Source: Chthoniobacteraceae bacterium
GTDB lineage: Bacteria; Verrucomicrobiota; Verrucomicrobiia; Chthoniobacterales; Chthoniobacteraceae
DNA length: 64,000 bases
Direction of reading: 5' to 3'
NCBI GenBank assembly: GCA_040081625.1
Contig: JBEBGD010000005.1
Location: 46,966-110,965 of the forward strand
Within the stretch, counting starts at the first letter, position 1. Each line of letters begins with the position of its first letter. Positions 18,584-28,464 of this stretch are shown one piece after another. Below the pieces are notes generated by a model. The model worked only from the letters and a program-made list of their open reading frames with translations, made no database searches and had not been told where the DNA came from. The position numbers and the translations under genes are program-made.

Positions 18584-19489
18584 CTACTCTGCGAGCAGCA
18601 CCGCGCGCATCGCTGCCGCGTCGAGTTCGAGTGCGCCGCCCTCCGGCACCACGTAGGCGTCATGCCGGCCAAGATTCGTCACGCGATGCTCGGCGCGAAA
18701 TGTCGGCATCGCCGTCGCGCGCCCGATCTGCACGCCGCGCGTGATGGGAATCATGATGGTCGCCTTCTCCTGACTCTTCTCCGGCTTTTCGATGTCGTAG
18801 TCGTCGCCGCTTGCGATGACGCGGAAGATGTCGAGAAAGTTGATGGCGAAAACCGAGTCGAAGAAGACCTGGCAGTAGCTCTGCGGCACGCGATGCCGGT
18901 CCAGCCAGCGATACACGATGACGAGGTCTTCGACTTTCACGGTGAAGCTCGGCGTCTCCCTCGCGGACTTCGCGCCCGCCTCGCGCTGCTTCCGCCGCAC
19001 CGCCATGTAGCGCAGCGCCTCGAACTTGCTCGAACGCACCTCAATCGCGGCCGCTGCCTGCTTCGTGTGCGACTCAGTTTCGTCATGAGTGCGTTCCGAC
19101 AATTCCGCCGCCACGCCGAGCGACGCCGGGAACAGCAACAAGTCAGGCCGCTTGCCGTAGAGCCGCGTTTCCTCAATGCCCGCGAGGTAGCGCGCCTTGA
19201 ATTCCGGGTGTCCCGCGGCGATGCGGTCGGTGTTGCCGTATTGCGCCACCGTCCACTCGGGGAACGTCGCGCTGAGCGCCGCTGCCAGCGTCCGCTCCGC
19301 CCAATCACCCATCGCCCGATTCGCCAGAAATTCCGAACGCGCATCCGTCGGCACGGTCGGCTTGCGCGCGGCTGGCTGGCCTGCGCCACCAAAGGCAAGA
19401 TGCCGCGCCTCAATCCCATCACGCGTGAGCGTATCGACAACTCCCGTGAGCGTTCCGCGCAGTTCCGCGAGGTATTCATCACCGTTCAC
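18584..19489 (-). CDS. AccI-like type II restriction endonuclease
   Basis: PTDARSEFLANRAMGDWAE, KRPDLL, IEVRSS, TVKVED and QVFFD resemble the RE_AccI family as recalled; convergent with the MTase; GTGA overlap with the C gene. Confidence 0.72.
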   Translation of the reverse strand: MNGDEYLAELRGTLTGVVDTLTRDGIEARHLAFGGAGQPAARKPTVPTDARSEFLANRAMGDWAERTLAAALSATFPEWTVAQYGNTDRIAAGHPEFKARYLAGIEETRLYGKRPDLLLFPASLGVAAELSERTHDETESHTKQAAAAIEVRSSKFEALRYMAVRRKQREAGAKSARETPSFTVKVEDLVIVYRWLDRHRVPQSYCQVFFDSVFAINFLDIFRVIASGDDYDIEKPEKSQEKATIMIPITRGVQIGRATAMPTFRAEHRVTNLGRHDAYVVPEGGALELDAAAMRAVLLAE

Positions 19490-19707
19490 CGTTTCCGTTC
19501 CTTCCCGAAATCGAACAAGTCGCGGACTTCCACGCCAAGCGCCTTTGCAAAATCCGCCAGCCCTGCAACCGACGGCGCATTCACGCCACGCTCGACGAGG
19601 CTGATGAACTCGACCGAGCATCCGATCACCTCGGCAAGCTGCTCCTGAGTCATTCCTTTCGAGCGGCGGAGCTGTGCGATACGTTGGCCGAGCTTCTTTT
19701 GCAGCAC
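19486..19707 (-). CDS. XRE-family HTH protein, probable R-M controller (C protein)
   Basis: LGQRIAQLRRSKGMTQEQLA...ISLVERG; immediately upstream of and overlapping the endonuclease. Confidence 0.8.
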   Translation of the reverse strand: MLQKKLGQRIAQLRRSKGMTQEQLAEVIGCSVEFISLVERGVNAPSVAGLADFAKALGVEVRDLFDFGKERKR

Positions 19708-19709
19708 GA

Positions 19710-19767
19710 AGCTAAACTACTACCTTGGCGCCTGGCGAATCCACGGAGCTAAACTACGTGTTTGAGT
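19710..19767. promoter_or_regulatory. Candidate C-box region
   Basis: AGCTAAACTAC direct repeat (19710-19720, 19747-19757); AAAC-N5-GTTT dyad at 19751-19763. Confidence 0.5.
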
Positions 19768-19836
19768 GTGTGCCGATACGCCCGCACATGCGCTGCCAGC
19801 CTTGCCTGTGCTCGCGCGTCCGGCTACGAACGGCGC

Positions 19837-21780
19837 ATGGACTTGCCGCACGCTCTCCAGACCCACTTCGGCCACGAGGCATTTCGCGACGGGCAGGAGG
19901 CGGTGATCCGCGCGCTGCTCGACGCGGAATCGGCGCTCGCGCTTTTTCCGACGGGGGCGGGGAAGTCGCTTTGTTATCAGCTTCCGGCGGTGTTGCTGGA
20001 AGGGACGGCGCTCGTCGTTTCGCCGCTCATCGCGCTGATGAAAGACCAGGTGGATGCACTGCGGGCGCGCGGGATTGCGGCGGCGCGGCTCGATTCTTCG
20101 CTCACGGCGGAGGAGACGCAGCGGGTGTATGCGGACTTGCGCGAGGGGAGGTTGAAGCTGCTCTACGTCGCGCCGGAGCGGTTGTCGGGGGAGGCGTTTC
20201 TTGATCGGTTGCGGCGGGTGAAGATTTCGCTGCTCGCGATTGATGAGGCGCACTGCATCTCGGAGTGGGGGCACAATTTCCGGCCTGAGTATCTGCGGCT
20301 GGCGCGCGTGGCGGAGGAGCTGGCGCTGCGGCCCGTGCTCGCGCTCACGGCGACGGCGACGCCGGATGTGGCGCGCGATATTTGCAAGGCGTTCGGCATC
20401 GCGCCGCAGCGGCATGTGCAGACTTCGTTTCGCCGTAAGAATCTGCACCTGCGCGTGACGCCTTGCGCAGCGCGTGAGCGGCTGGCGGTGCTCGCGAAGC
20501 GGCTCGCGAGCGCGAAGGTGCGGCCTGCGGTGGTTTATGTGACTTTCCAAAAATCCGCCGAGGACGTGGCGGCGCATCTCGCGGCGGCGGGGCTGGCGGC
20601 GCGGGCGTATCACGCGGGGATGAGCGCGGAAGATCGCGATGCGACGCAGGAGGCGTTCATGCGCGGCGAGTGCGAGGTGATCGTCGCGACGATCGCGTTC
20701 GGCATGGGGATCGACAAGGCGGATATCCGCGGCGTTATTCATTTCAACCTGCCGAAGACGCTGGAGAATTATCAGCAGGAGATCGGGCGCGCGGGGCGCG
20801 ATGGGGAGCCGTCGCTTTGCGAATTGCTCGCGTGCGCGGACGATGCGGTGCCGCTGGAAAACTTCACGCTCGGCGACACTCCGGAGCCGGCGGCGGTCGA
20901 GGCGCTCGTGCGGCGGATGCTCGGTTCGGGTGATGAGTTCGACGTGAGCCGCTACGATCTCAGCCAGGAGACGGACATCCGCCCGCTTGTGGTCGAGACG
21001 GTGATCACGTATCTCGAGCTCGACGGATTGCTGCGACCGACTCGGGCGTTTTACGAGAGCACTCAGGTGCAGTTCTTGAAAAGTGACGACGCCATACTCG
21101 ACGGCATGAATGACGAGCGGCGGCGGTTCCTCTCCGCGCTGTTCGGCTCCGGACGGCGGGGGCCGAAATATCTCACGCTCGAAATCGAAGCGACCGCGCA
21201 GCAACTCGGCGAGCCACGCGAGCGCATCGTGAAGGCGCTGACGTGGCTGGAGGAATCCGGTGCCATCACGCAAAAGCCCGCCGGCCTGCGGCACGGCTTC
21301 CGTCTCTGCGGGGACGCCGCGCAGCGCGAGCCGGCGACGGTCGCCGCGCACCAGGCGGAACTTTTCGCGCAGCGGGAGCAACGCGATTCGCAGCGCCTCG
21401 CGCAGATCCTCGACTTCGCCAGCGCGTCCGGCTGCATCACGCGCCGCTTGCTCGGCTACTTCGGTGAACCGCTCGCTGACGAAAACTGCGACCACTGCCA
21501 TTTCTGCCGCACCGGCGAGCCCGCCACCGCGGTCACGCTTCCTTCCGCGCCCATCGCACCTTTCGCCGACGGCGACGTCGAGGAAGTCCGCGCGCTCATC
21601 TTCGAGGAACACCCGTCGCTCTCCACGCCGCGCCAGCTCACGCGCTTCCTTTGCGGGCTCACCAGCCCCGCGACCTCGCGCGCAAAGCTCACCAAGCGCC
21701 CCGAGTTCGGCCGATACGCCGCCACGCCGTTTCGCGTCGTGCTTGCACAAGTCGAAGTGTGCTGGGATGACGCGGCGTGA
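19837..21780 (+). CDS. recQ: RecQ family ATP-dependent DNA helicase
   Basis: PTGAGKSLCYQLP, IDEAHC, WGHNFRP, TATAT, ATIAFGMGIDK, QEIGRAGRDG and zinc-binding C...CDHCHFC. Confidence 0.92.
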   Translation: MDLPHALQTHFGHEAFRDGQEAVIRALLDAESALALFPTGAGKSLCYQLPAVLLEGTALVVSPLIALMKDQVDALRARGIAAARLDSSLTAEETQRVYADLREGRLKLLYVAPERLSGEAFLDRLRRVKISLLAIDEAHCISEWGHNFRPEYLRLARVAEELALRPVLALTATATPDVARDICKAFGIAPQRHVQTSFRRKNLHLRVTPCAARERLAVLAKRLASAKVRPAVVYVTFQKSAEDVAAHLAAAGLAARAYHAGMSAEDRDATQEAFMRGECEVIVATIAFGMGIDKADIRGVIHFNLPKTLENYQQEIGRAGRDGEPSLCELLACADDAVPLENFTLGDTPEPAAVEALVRRMLGSGDEFDVSRYDLSQETDIRPLVVETVITYLELDGLLRPTRAFYESTQVQFLKSDDAILDGMNDERRRFLSALFGSGRRGPKYLTLEIEATAQQLGEPRERIVKALTWLEESGAITQKPAGLRHGFRLCGDAAQREPATVAAHQAELFAQREQRDSQRLAQILDFASASGCITRRLLGYFGEPLADENCDHCHFCRTGEPATAVTLPSAPIAPFADGDVEEVRALIFEEHPSLSTPRQLTRFLCGLTSPATSRAKLTKRPEFGRYAATPFRVVLAQVEVCWDDAA

Positions 21781-22835
21781 GCAGCGAAACATTCGACGTA
21801 ATCATCATCGGCGGCGGCGCGGCGGGGCTGATGTGTGCGATCGAGGCGGGGGCGCGCGGACGGCGGGTCGCTCTGCTGGAGCACAACGCGCGGGTCGGAC
21901 AGAAGATCGCGATCTCCGGCGGGGGGCGCTGCAATTTCACGAACCTCGGCACGACGCCGGAGAATTTTCTCTCCGCGAATCCCGACTTCTGCAAATCCGC
22001 GCTCGCGCGCTACACGCCGTGGGATTTCGTCGCGCTCGTCGAGAAGCGCCGCGTGCCGTATCACGAGAAGAAGCTCGGGCAGCAGTTCTGCGACGGCAGC
22101 TCGCGGGCGATTATCGACCTACTGCTCGCGGAGTGCGCGGAGGCGCGCGTGAGTGTGCTCACGGGCTGCCGTGTCGAGTCGGTCGGGAAGCCGGAGCGGT
22201 TTCGAGTGGCGACGAATCTCGGCGAGTTTGAGAGCGAGTCGCTGGTCATCGCGACGGGCGGGCTTTCGTTCGCGAAACTCGGCGCGAGCGATTTCGGGTA
22301 TCGGATCGCGCGGCAGTTCGGTCTGCGCATCACCTCACTGCGGCCGGGGCTCGTTCCGCTGACGTTCATGCCGGAGGATCGCGAACTTGCGGAGCTGAGC
22401 GGGCTCTCGCTGCCGGTCGTCGCGCGGCATCGCGGGCAGGCCTTCGCGGAAAATCTGCTCTTCACGCATCGCGGCGTGAGCGGACCGGCGGTGTTGCAGA
22501 TCTCGTCGTATTGGCGCGAGGGCGAGGCGTTGCACTTTGACCTGCCCGGGCGGCACGATTGGCCGCGGCGCTTTGCCCAGGCGTGGGACGCTCGATCGTC
22601 TGACCCTGAACCGAGTGCGTGGCCGATGCGCTTCGCCGGCACCGAAGGTTATCCGAAAGCCGAGGTCACGCTCGGCGGGGTGGACACGACGCAGCTTTCC
22701 TCGAAGACGATGGAGGCGCGCGACGTGCGCGGGCTCTTTTTCATCGGCGAAGTCGTGGACGTGACCGGCTGGCTCGGCGGCTACAATTTCCAGTGGGCGT
22801 GGGCATCGGGCCACGCGGCGGGACAGGTCGCCTGA
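21777..22835 (+). CDS. HI0933/BaiN family FAD-dependent oxidoreductase
   Basis: IIGGGAAG, ISGGGRCNFTN, ATGG, LFTHRGVSGPA, VTLGGV, GGYNFQWAW. Confidence 0.9.
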   Translation: MSSETFDVIIIGGGAAGLMCAIEAGARGRRVALLEHNARVGQKIAISGGGRCNFTNLGTTPENFLSANPDFCKSALARYTPWDFVALVEKRRVPYHEKKLGQQFCDGSSRAIIDLLLAECAEARVSVLTGCRVESVGKPERFRVATNLGEFESESLVIATGGLSFAKLGASDFGYRIARQFGLRITSLRPGLVPLTFMPEDRELAELSGLSLPVVARHRGQAFAENLLFTHRGVSGPAVLQISSYWREGEALHFDLPGRHDWPRRFAQAWDARSSDPEPSAWPMRFAGTEGYPKAEVTLGGVDTTQLSSKTMEARDVRGLFFIGEVVDVTGWLGGYNFQWAWASGHAAGQVA

Positions 22836-22889
22836 ATCGGTAGCGAAAATGTGCTCGGCGCGCGCGCGCGGCGGCGCATCCTCCGGCGC

Positions 22890-23783
22890 ATGACGCTTCG
22901 CATCCTCCTCGCCGCGCTCCTCCCGCTCACCGCTTTCGCCGCCGACGCCGACGGAAAGTTGCGCATCGTCGTCTTCGGCGCGCATCCCGACGACGCGCAG
23001 TTCAAGGCCGGCGGCACCGCCGCGAAATGGGCGAAGCTCGGGCACAAAGTGAAGCTCGTGTCGGTCACGAATGGCGACATCGGCCACTGGCAATCGGCCG
23101 GCGGTCCGCTCGCGCAGCGGCGCAAGGCCGAGGTGCTCGCGACCGATCGCGCGCTCGGCGCGGCGACGGAGGTGCTCGACATTCACGACGGCGAGTTGCT
23201 CCCGACGCTGGAGAATCGGAAGCTCATCACGAAGGTGATCCGCGAGTGGAACGCGGACATCGTCATCGCGCATCGGCCTTGGGATTATCATCCCGATCAT
23301 CGCTACGTCGGCGTGCTCGTGCAGGATGCGGCGTTCATGGTCACGGTGCCGTTCTTTTGCCCCGACGTGCCGGCGCTCAAGAAGAACCCCGCGTTCTTTT
23401 ACTCGAGCGATGGCTTTCAGAAGCCGTATCCGTTTCGCCCGGACGTGGTCGTCTCGATCGACGACGTGTTTGAGCAGAAGGTCAACGCCGTGCATTTGAT
23501 GCCGTCGCAGGTCTATGAAGGCGGCGCGAATGGGAGCGCCGAGTCGGTGGCGCAGGTGCCGCCCGAGAGCGATGAGGCTGGCCGCAAGGCGTGGCTGCGC
23601 AAGCGGTGGTCAGGGCGGCAGAGCAGCGAGGCGGATCGCTTCCGCGACGTGCTGGTCCAGTGGTATGGCGCCGAGCAGGGCAAGGCGGTGAAATACGCGG
23701 AGGCCTTCGAGCTTTGCGAATACGGGCGCCGGCCTGGTCCGGACGAGTTGCGTGTGTTGTTCCCGTTTTTCCCGGCGAAGTAA
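22890..23783 (+). CDS. PIG-L/LmbE family deacetylase with signal peptide
   Basis: AHPDD and HPDH metal motifs, TNGD; signal peptide ending AFA. Confidence 0.88.
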   Translation: MTLRILLAALLPLTAFAADADGKLRIVVFGAHPDDAQFKAGGTAAKWAKLGHKVKLVSVTNGDIGHWQSAGGPLAQRRKAEVLATDRALGAATEVLDIHDGELLPTLENRKLITKVIREWNADIVIAHRPWDYHPDHRYVGVLVQDAAFMVTVPFFCPDVPALKKNPAFFYSSDGFQKPYPFRPDVVVSIDDVFEQKVNAVHLMPSQVYEGGANGSAESVAQVPPESDEAGRKAWLRKRWSGRQSSEADRFRDVLVQWYGAEQGKAVKYAEAFELCEYGRRPGPDELRVLFPFFPAK

Positions 23784-23786
23784 GAG

Positions 23787-23868
23787 TGCCGGGGAGGGGA
23801 CTCGAACCCCTAAGGATTGCTCCACCAGATCCTAAGTCTGGCGCGTCTTCCAATTTCGCCACCCCGGC
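23787..23868 (-). tRNA. tRNA-Leu (anticodon TAG)
   Basis: GCCGGGG/CCCCGGC acceptor stem, CCAGA-CTTAGGA-TCTGG anticodon arm, long variable arm, GGTTCGAGTCC T arm; CCA not encoded. Confidence 0.95.
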
Positions 23869-24114
23869 TCGTTGATGATCAGAAACGTGCGAGCCACTGC
23901 AGTGCGACTGCCGCACAGTTTTACACCGTGCCGGACTGGAACGCTCTGGAATGAATCGAAACGCGTCAACTCAACAGCGGGACACCTACGCGAAGGTGTT
24001 CGACATTTCACCAAGTGTTGCGAAGAACGTTGAGCGCGGGTCGAGGAGAGTCGCCGGCATCAGTTGGTTTGAAGGATTGCACCGCGTGCCCGGGTCTGAA
24101 ATGCTCGCCCGCGT

Positions 24115-26457
24115 ATGATCGCGAGAGCGTTTCAAAATGGCCGTCTTTTGGCTGCTCTCATGGCAGTGATGGTGGCGTGCGCCTCCGCGGCTGGCACGCG
24201 TCCCGCCCCAGGCCAGACGCGGGCGGAGGCTGCGCGGGCACTCGCGGAGCGCGGACAGTTTGAGAGCGCGGTCGAGGAATGGCGGCGCGCGAAGCGGGAG
24301 TTTGCGCGGGCGAAGGATGCGGATGGCGAGACGGGTGCCTTACTCGGGGAGGCGTCGGCGCTGGCTGCACTCGGACATCATAAATTCGCACTCTCCGCTC
24401 TGGCCGCAGCCGGTGAACTGGCGGACCGCGCGCACAGCCGCAAGCGGCAGGCGGAGGTGAAGGCGGCCCGTGGCCGGACCAATATTTTTTCCCGGCAGGC
24501 GGACCAGTCGGAAGATCTTTTGCGCGATGCGTTGAAGATGGCGCGCGCGGACAAAAACGACGCTCTCGCCGCCAGCGCACTCGACGGTCTCGCCATCGTC
24601 CTTGCGGCGCAGGACAAATATTTGGACGCGATCACGGCGTGGGACCAGGCGATCGACCTGTCAGACCGCGCGACCGCGGTGCGCGTGCGATTGAACAAGG
24701 CAACTGCGGCGCTCAAGGCGGCGGCATTTCCCGATGCGCTCCGGTGGGCCGGGGAGGTGGCGAAGGGCGCGGAGGCGCTGCCGGACGGACACGGGAAGGC
24801 GTTCGCCTTCATGGGAGCCGCGGAGATATTCCGCCGGCTCTTCATCGAGGCGCCGGAGCACGACAACGCGCTGAGGCTGCGCGCATTTAACCTGCACAAG
24901 GCGGCGGAGAAGGTGGCCGTGCAGATCGACGATCGGCGCGCGCTCAGCTACGCGCTCGGCTACCAGGGCGCGCTTTACGAGTTCGAGGGGAACCACGCCG
25001 CGGCGCTCCCGCTCACCCGCCGCGCGCTGGCCATCGCGCAGCAGATCCAGTCCGCCGATGCGCTCCATCGCTGGCAATGGCAGGTCGCGCGACTGCTCGG
25101 CAAAACCGGGGAGCGCGATGCAGCCATCGAGGCGTATCGGCGGGCGGTCCGGACGCTCGAGGGCATCCGCAACGACGTAGCCATTCGCAGCGGCAATCGC
25201 AATGCGCGCTCGTCGTTTCGCGAGGCCGTGGGCGCGCTCTACACGGAGCTGGCCGACCTGCTTCTCCAGCGCGCCACTGCTGTAACTGACGGCGCGGAAA
25301 TCCAGGCGCTGCTGCGCGAGGCGCGCGGGACTGCCGAACTGCTCAAGGCGGCGGAGCTCGAGGATTATTTCCAGGACGACTGCGTGATGCTGCTCAAGTC
25401 GAAGACCAGGACCGTCGAGACGATCTCGGTGAAGGCGGCGCTGATCTACATCGTGCCGCTGCCGGATCGCACGGAGCTGCTGGTGTCGCTCCCGCCTCCG
25501 CCGGTGAAGCAAGGCGCGGAGCCGGTTCCGGGGCGCATCGAGCGATTCACGACGCGCGTCGGCGAGGCGGAGTTGACGACGGTGCTGCGCAGCTTCCGCC
25601 TCAATCTCGAGAACCGGACGACCAATGAGTTCCTCGAGCAGGCGCAGCAGCTTTACGCGTGGCTGATCAAACCACTCGAGCCGTTGATGGCCGCGCATCG
25701 TTTCGACACGATGGTGTTCGTTCCCGATGGCGCGCTGCGCACCATTCCGATGGCGGCGCTGCACGACGGCGAGCGTTTTCTCATCGAGAAGTATGCCGTC
25801 GCAGTCACGCCGGGCCTCGAGCTGATGGAATCCAAACAGGCCGCGAACGTGGCAGGCCGCCTGATGATCGCCGGCATCTCCGAGAGCGTGCAGGACTTTC
25901 CGCCGCTGCCGAATGTGCCGGGCGAACTCTCGGCGATCGGGAAGCTTTACAACGAGCGCGAGTCGCTGCTGGACAGCGAGGGCATCAAGGCCAGCATCGA
26001 GGGGAAGTTCGGTGAAGTGCCGTTCACGATCGTCCACATCGCGTCGCACGGCCACATCGACAGCGATATCCGCAAGAGCTTCGTGCTCACCTACGACGGC
26101 CGCCTGACGCTCGACGATCTCGAGCGGCTCATCCGCCCCGGCCAACTGGCCGACAAGCCGCTCGAACTGCTCACGCTGAGCGCCTGCCAGACTGCAGCGG
26201 GCGACGATCGGGCGGCGCTCGGGCTCGCGGGTGTGGCGGTGAAGGCGGGCGCGCGCGCCGCGTTCGCGACGCTGTGGTTCGTGAACGACCAGGCCTCCGC
26301 GCAGGTGGTGGTCGATTTCTACACCGAGCTAAAGAGCAAGCCTGACCGCACCAAGGCGCAGGCGTTGCAGGCAGCGCAGACGAGGCTGCTCCGCGACGAA
26401 CGGTTTCAGCACCCGTGTTACTGGGCACCGTATCTCATCATCGGGAATTGGCTGTGA
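24115..26457 (+). CDS. Secreted TPR + CHAT (caspase-like) protease
   Basis: Signal-peptide-like N-terminus, TPR-like helices, FVPDGALR, HIASHG (His), LSACQTA (Cys), HPCYWAPY. Confidence 0.9.
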   Translation: MIARAFQNGRLLAALMAVMVACASAAGTRPAPGQTRAEAARALAERGQFESAVEEWRRAKREFARAKDADGETGALLGEASALAALGHHKFALSALAAAGELADRAHSRKRQAEVKAARGRTNIFSRQADQSEDLLRDALKMARADKNDALAASALDGLAIVLAAQDKYLDAITAWDQAIDLSDRATAVRVRLNKATAALKAAAFPDALRWAGEVAKGAEALPDGHGKAFAFMGAAEIFRRLFIEAPEHDNALRLRAFNLHKAAEKVAVQIDDRRALSYALGYQGALYEFEGNHAAALPLTRRALAIAQQIQSADALHRWQWQVARLLGKTGERDAAIEAYRRAVRTLEGIRNDVAIRSGNRNARSSFREAVGALYTELADLLLQRATAVTDGAEIQALLREARGTAELLKAAELEDYFQDDCVMLLKSKTRTVETISVKAALIYIVPLPDRTELLVSLPPPPVKQGAEPVPGRIERFTTRVGEAELTTVLRSFRLNLENRTTNEFLEQAQQLYAWLIKPLEPLMAAHRFDTMVFVPDGALRTIPMAALHDGERFLIEKYAVAVTPGLELMESKQAANVAGRLMIAGISESVQDFPPLPNVPGELSAIGKLYNERESLLDSEGIKASIEGKFGEVPFTIVHIASHGHIDSDIRKSFVLTYDGRLTLDDLERLIRPGQLADKPLELLTLSACQTAAGDDRAALGLAGVAVKAGARAAFATLWFVNDQASAQVVVDFYTELKSKPDRTKAQALQAAQTRLLRDERFQHPCYWAPYLIIGNWL

Positions 26458-28433
26458 AAGGCATCGTCAAGGCCCTGCATCGTCCGAGCGTAGCGTGCCT
26501 CGTCATCAGCCTCGTCGTGCTCGGCGCGGTGCTCGGCGTTCGCGCGCAGGGCTGGCTCCAGCTCGCGGAGTTGACGATCTATGACCACTTCGTGCAGTCG
26601 AACTCCGAGCCGGACTCGACCGACGAGCGGATCGCGATCGTCGGGATGACGGAGGACGATTTGGAAAAATACGGCTTCCCGATCGACGACGAACGGATGG
26701 CGCAAGTGCTCACGGGCCTCGACGCGCAGGAGCCGGCAGCGATCGGGCTCGATATGTATCGTGACCTGCCCGAGCCGCGCGACCGCTCGAAGTATCCCGC
26801 GCTCGAGGCCGCGTTCAAAAAGCTGCCGCGCGTGATCGCGATCCAGCGTGTCGGTTACGTGAAGCCGCCGCCGGCGCTCGCGGATCAGCCCGACCGGATC
26901 TGCGCGAACAATCTCGAAAAGGATTTCTCCGTCGATGGCTACTACCGGCGCGGGCCGCTGGCGATCGAGCGCGACGTGCCGGAGCCGCTCTACAGCCTGA
27001 GCCTCGCGCTCACCTTGAAATACCTCGAGCTCCATGAAGTGGACGTCGAACTGGTCGAGGTGGTGGGCCGGCCGGAGGCGCCGCTTTTTCGCCTCGGCAA
27101 GACGGTTTTTCCGCGGCTCACGTCGAATGCCGGCGGCTACGTGGGGCTCGACGTTCACGATTATGAATACCTCGTCGATTTCCGCGCGCCGCGGCGGTTC
27201 CGTGTGCAGGATGCGCGCGGCCAGCTCGCGCGCGACACGCCTTACGATTTCAGCTTCGGCGACGTGATCGAGGGCCGGCTGCCGCCCGGCGCCTTGAAGG
27301 GAAAAATTGTTTTCGTCGGCACGGTCATGCAGAGCATCAAGGACAGCAATCCGACGCCGATCGACGACAACCTGCGCGGGATGCACCAGCACGTGATGAT
27401 GACGCATCAGCTTCTCGAAGCTGCAATCAAGGGCGTGAAGCCGAGGACTTGGTGGCCCGAGTGGGCGGAAGTGGCGTGGATCGCCGTGGCCACGCTGCTC
27501 GGTGGCGCGCTCGGGCTCATGTTCCGCTCGCCGTGGAAGCTCGCGCCCGCGCTCGCGCTACTCCTCGCCGGAATCGGTTTCGGCGGCGCGCTCATGTTTC
27601 AGCACGGCACGTGGATGCTGGTCGCCGCGCCGGGGCTCGGCGGATTCATCTCCGCGACGCTGGTGACTTCCTTCATCGCCTACCTCGAGAAATCCGAGCG
27701 CGGCGAGATGCACTCGCTCTTTTCCAAACACGTCTCGCCGAAGGTCGTCGAGGCGCTCTGGGCCGGGCGCGAACAGTTCCTCGACGGCGGCAGGCTGAAG
27801 CCGCAACGCCTCACCGCGACGGTGCTCTTCACCGACCTCAAGGGCTTCTCGACGACCTCCGAGAAGATGGACCCGACGACGCTCATGGAGTGGATGAACG
27901 AATACATGAACGGCGTCGCGCGGCACGTGGACCTCAATCACGGGATCATCAACAAGTTCATCGGCGACGCCATCATGGCCGTCTTCGGCGTGCCCATCGC
28001 CCGCACGCGCGAAGAGGAGATGGACGCGGACGCTGTGAATGCGGTGACGTGCGCGCTGGCCATGCGCACGGCGATCGCGGCGCTGAATGAAACATGGCGC
28101 GCGCGCGACCTGCCCACCACCGCCATGCGCATCGGCATCTACACCGGGGCGCTCGTGGCGGGCAGTTTCGGCAGCGAAGACCGGCTCGAGTTCACCGTGC
28201 TCGGCGACACCGTGAATACTGCCGCGCGGCTCGAAGCCGCCGGCAAGGACGCCGCAGCCGATCCTCGCACCGCCGAGTGCACCATCCTCATCGGCGACTC
28301 GACCGCGCAACGCCTGCGCGGGCGCTTCGAGACGCAACTACTGGGGCCGATCAGCTTGAAGGGAAAAGCGGACAAGATTGTTGTTCACAGCGTGATCGGC
28401 ACCGCGCAGGATGCCGCCGTTCCTGCCGCGTAA
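26454..28433 (+). CDS. CHASE2-domain class III adenylate cyclase
   Basis: N-terminal TM, CHASE2 (IGLDMYRD), three TMs, FTDLKGF, KFIGDA, FTVLGDTVNTAARLE; GTGA overlap with the CHAT gene. Confidence 0.9.
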   Translation: MKGIVKALHRPSVACLVISLVVLGAVLGVRAQGWLQLAELTIYDHFVQSNSEPDSTDERIAIVGMTEDDLEKYGFPIDDERMAQVLTGLDAQEPAAIGLDMYRDLPEPRDRSKYPALEAAFKKLPRVIAIQRVGYVKPPPALADQPDRICANNLEKDFSVDGYYRRGPLAIERDVPEPLYSLSLALTLKYLELHEVDVELVEVVGRPEAPLFRLGKTVFPRLTSNAGGYVGLDVHDYEYLVDFRAPRRFRVQDARGQLARDTPYDFSFGDVIEGRLPPGALKGKIVFVGTVMQSIKDSNPTPIDDNLRGMHQHVMMTHQLLEAAIKGVKPRTWWPEWAEVAWIAVATLLGGALGLMFRSPWKLAPALALLLAGIGFGGALMFQHGTWMLVAAPGLGGFISATLVTSFIAYLEKSERGEMHSLFSKHVSPKVVEALWAGREQFLDGGRLKPQRLTATVLFTDLKGFSTTSEKMDPTTLMEWMNEYMNGVARHVDLNHGIINKFIGDAIMAVFGVPIARTREEEMDADAVNAVTCALAMRTAIAALNETWRARDLPTTAMRIGIYTGALVAGSFGSEDRLEFTVLGDTVNTAARLEAAGKDAAADPRTAECTILIGDSTAQRLRGRFETQLLGPISLKGKADKIVVHSVIGTAQDAAVPAA

Positions 28434-28464
28434 GGCTTTCCTTTATACCAAACCTCCCAGTCCC

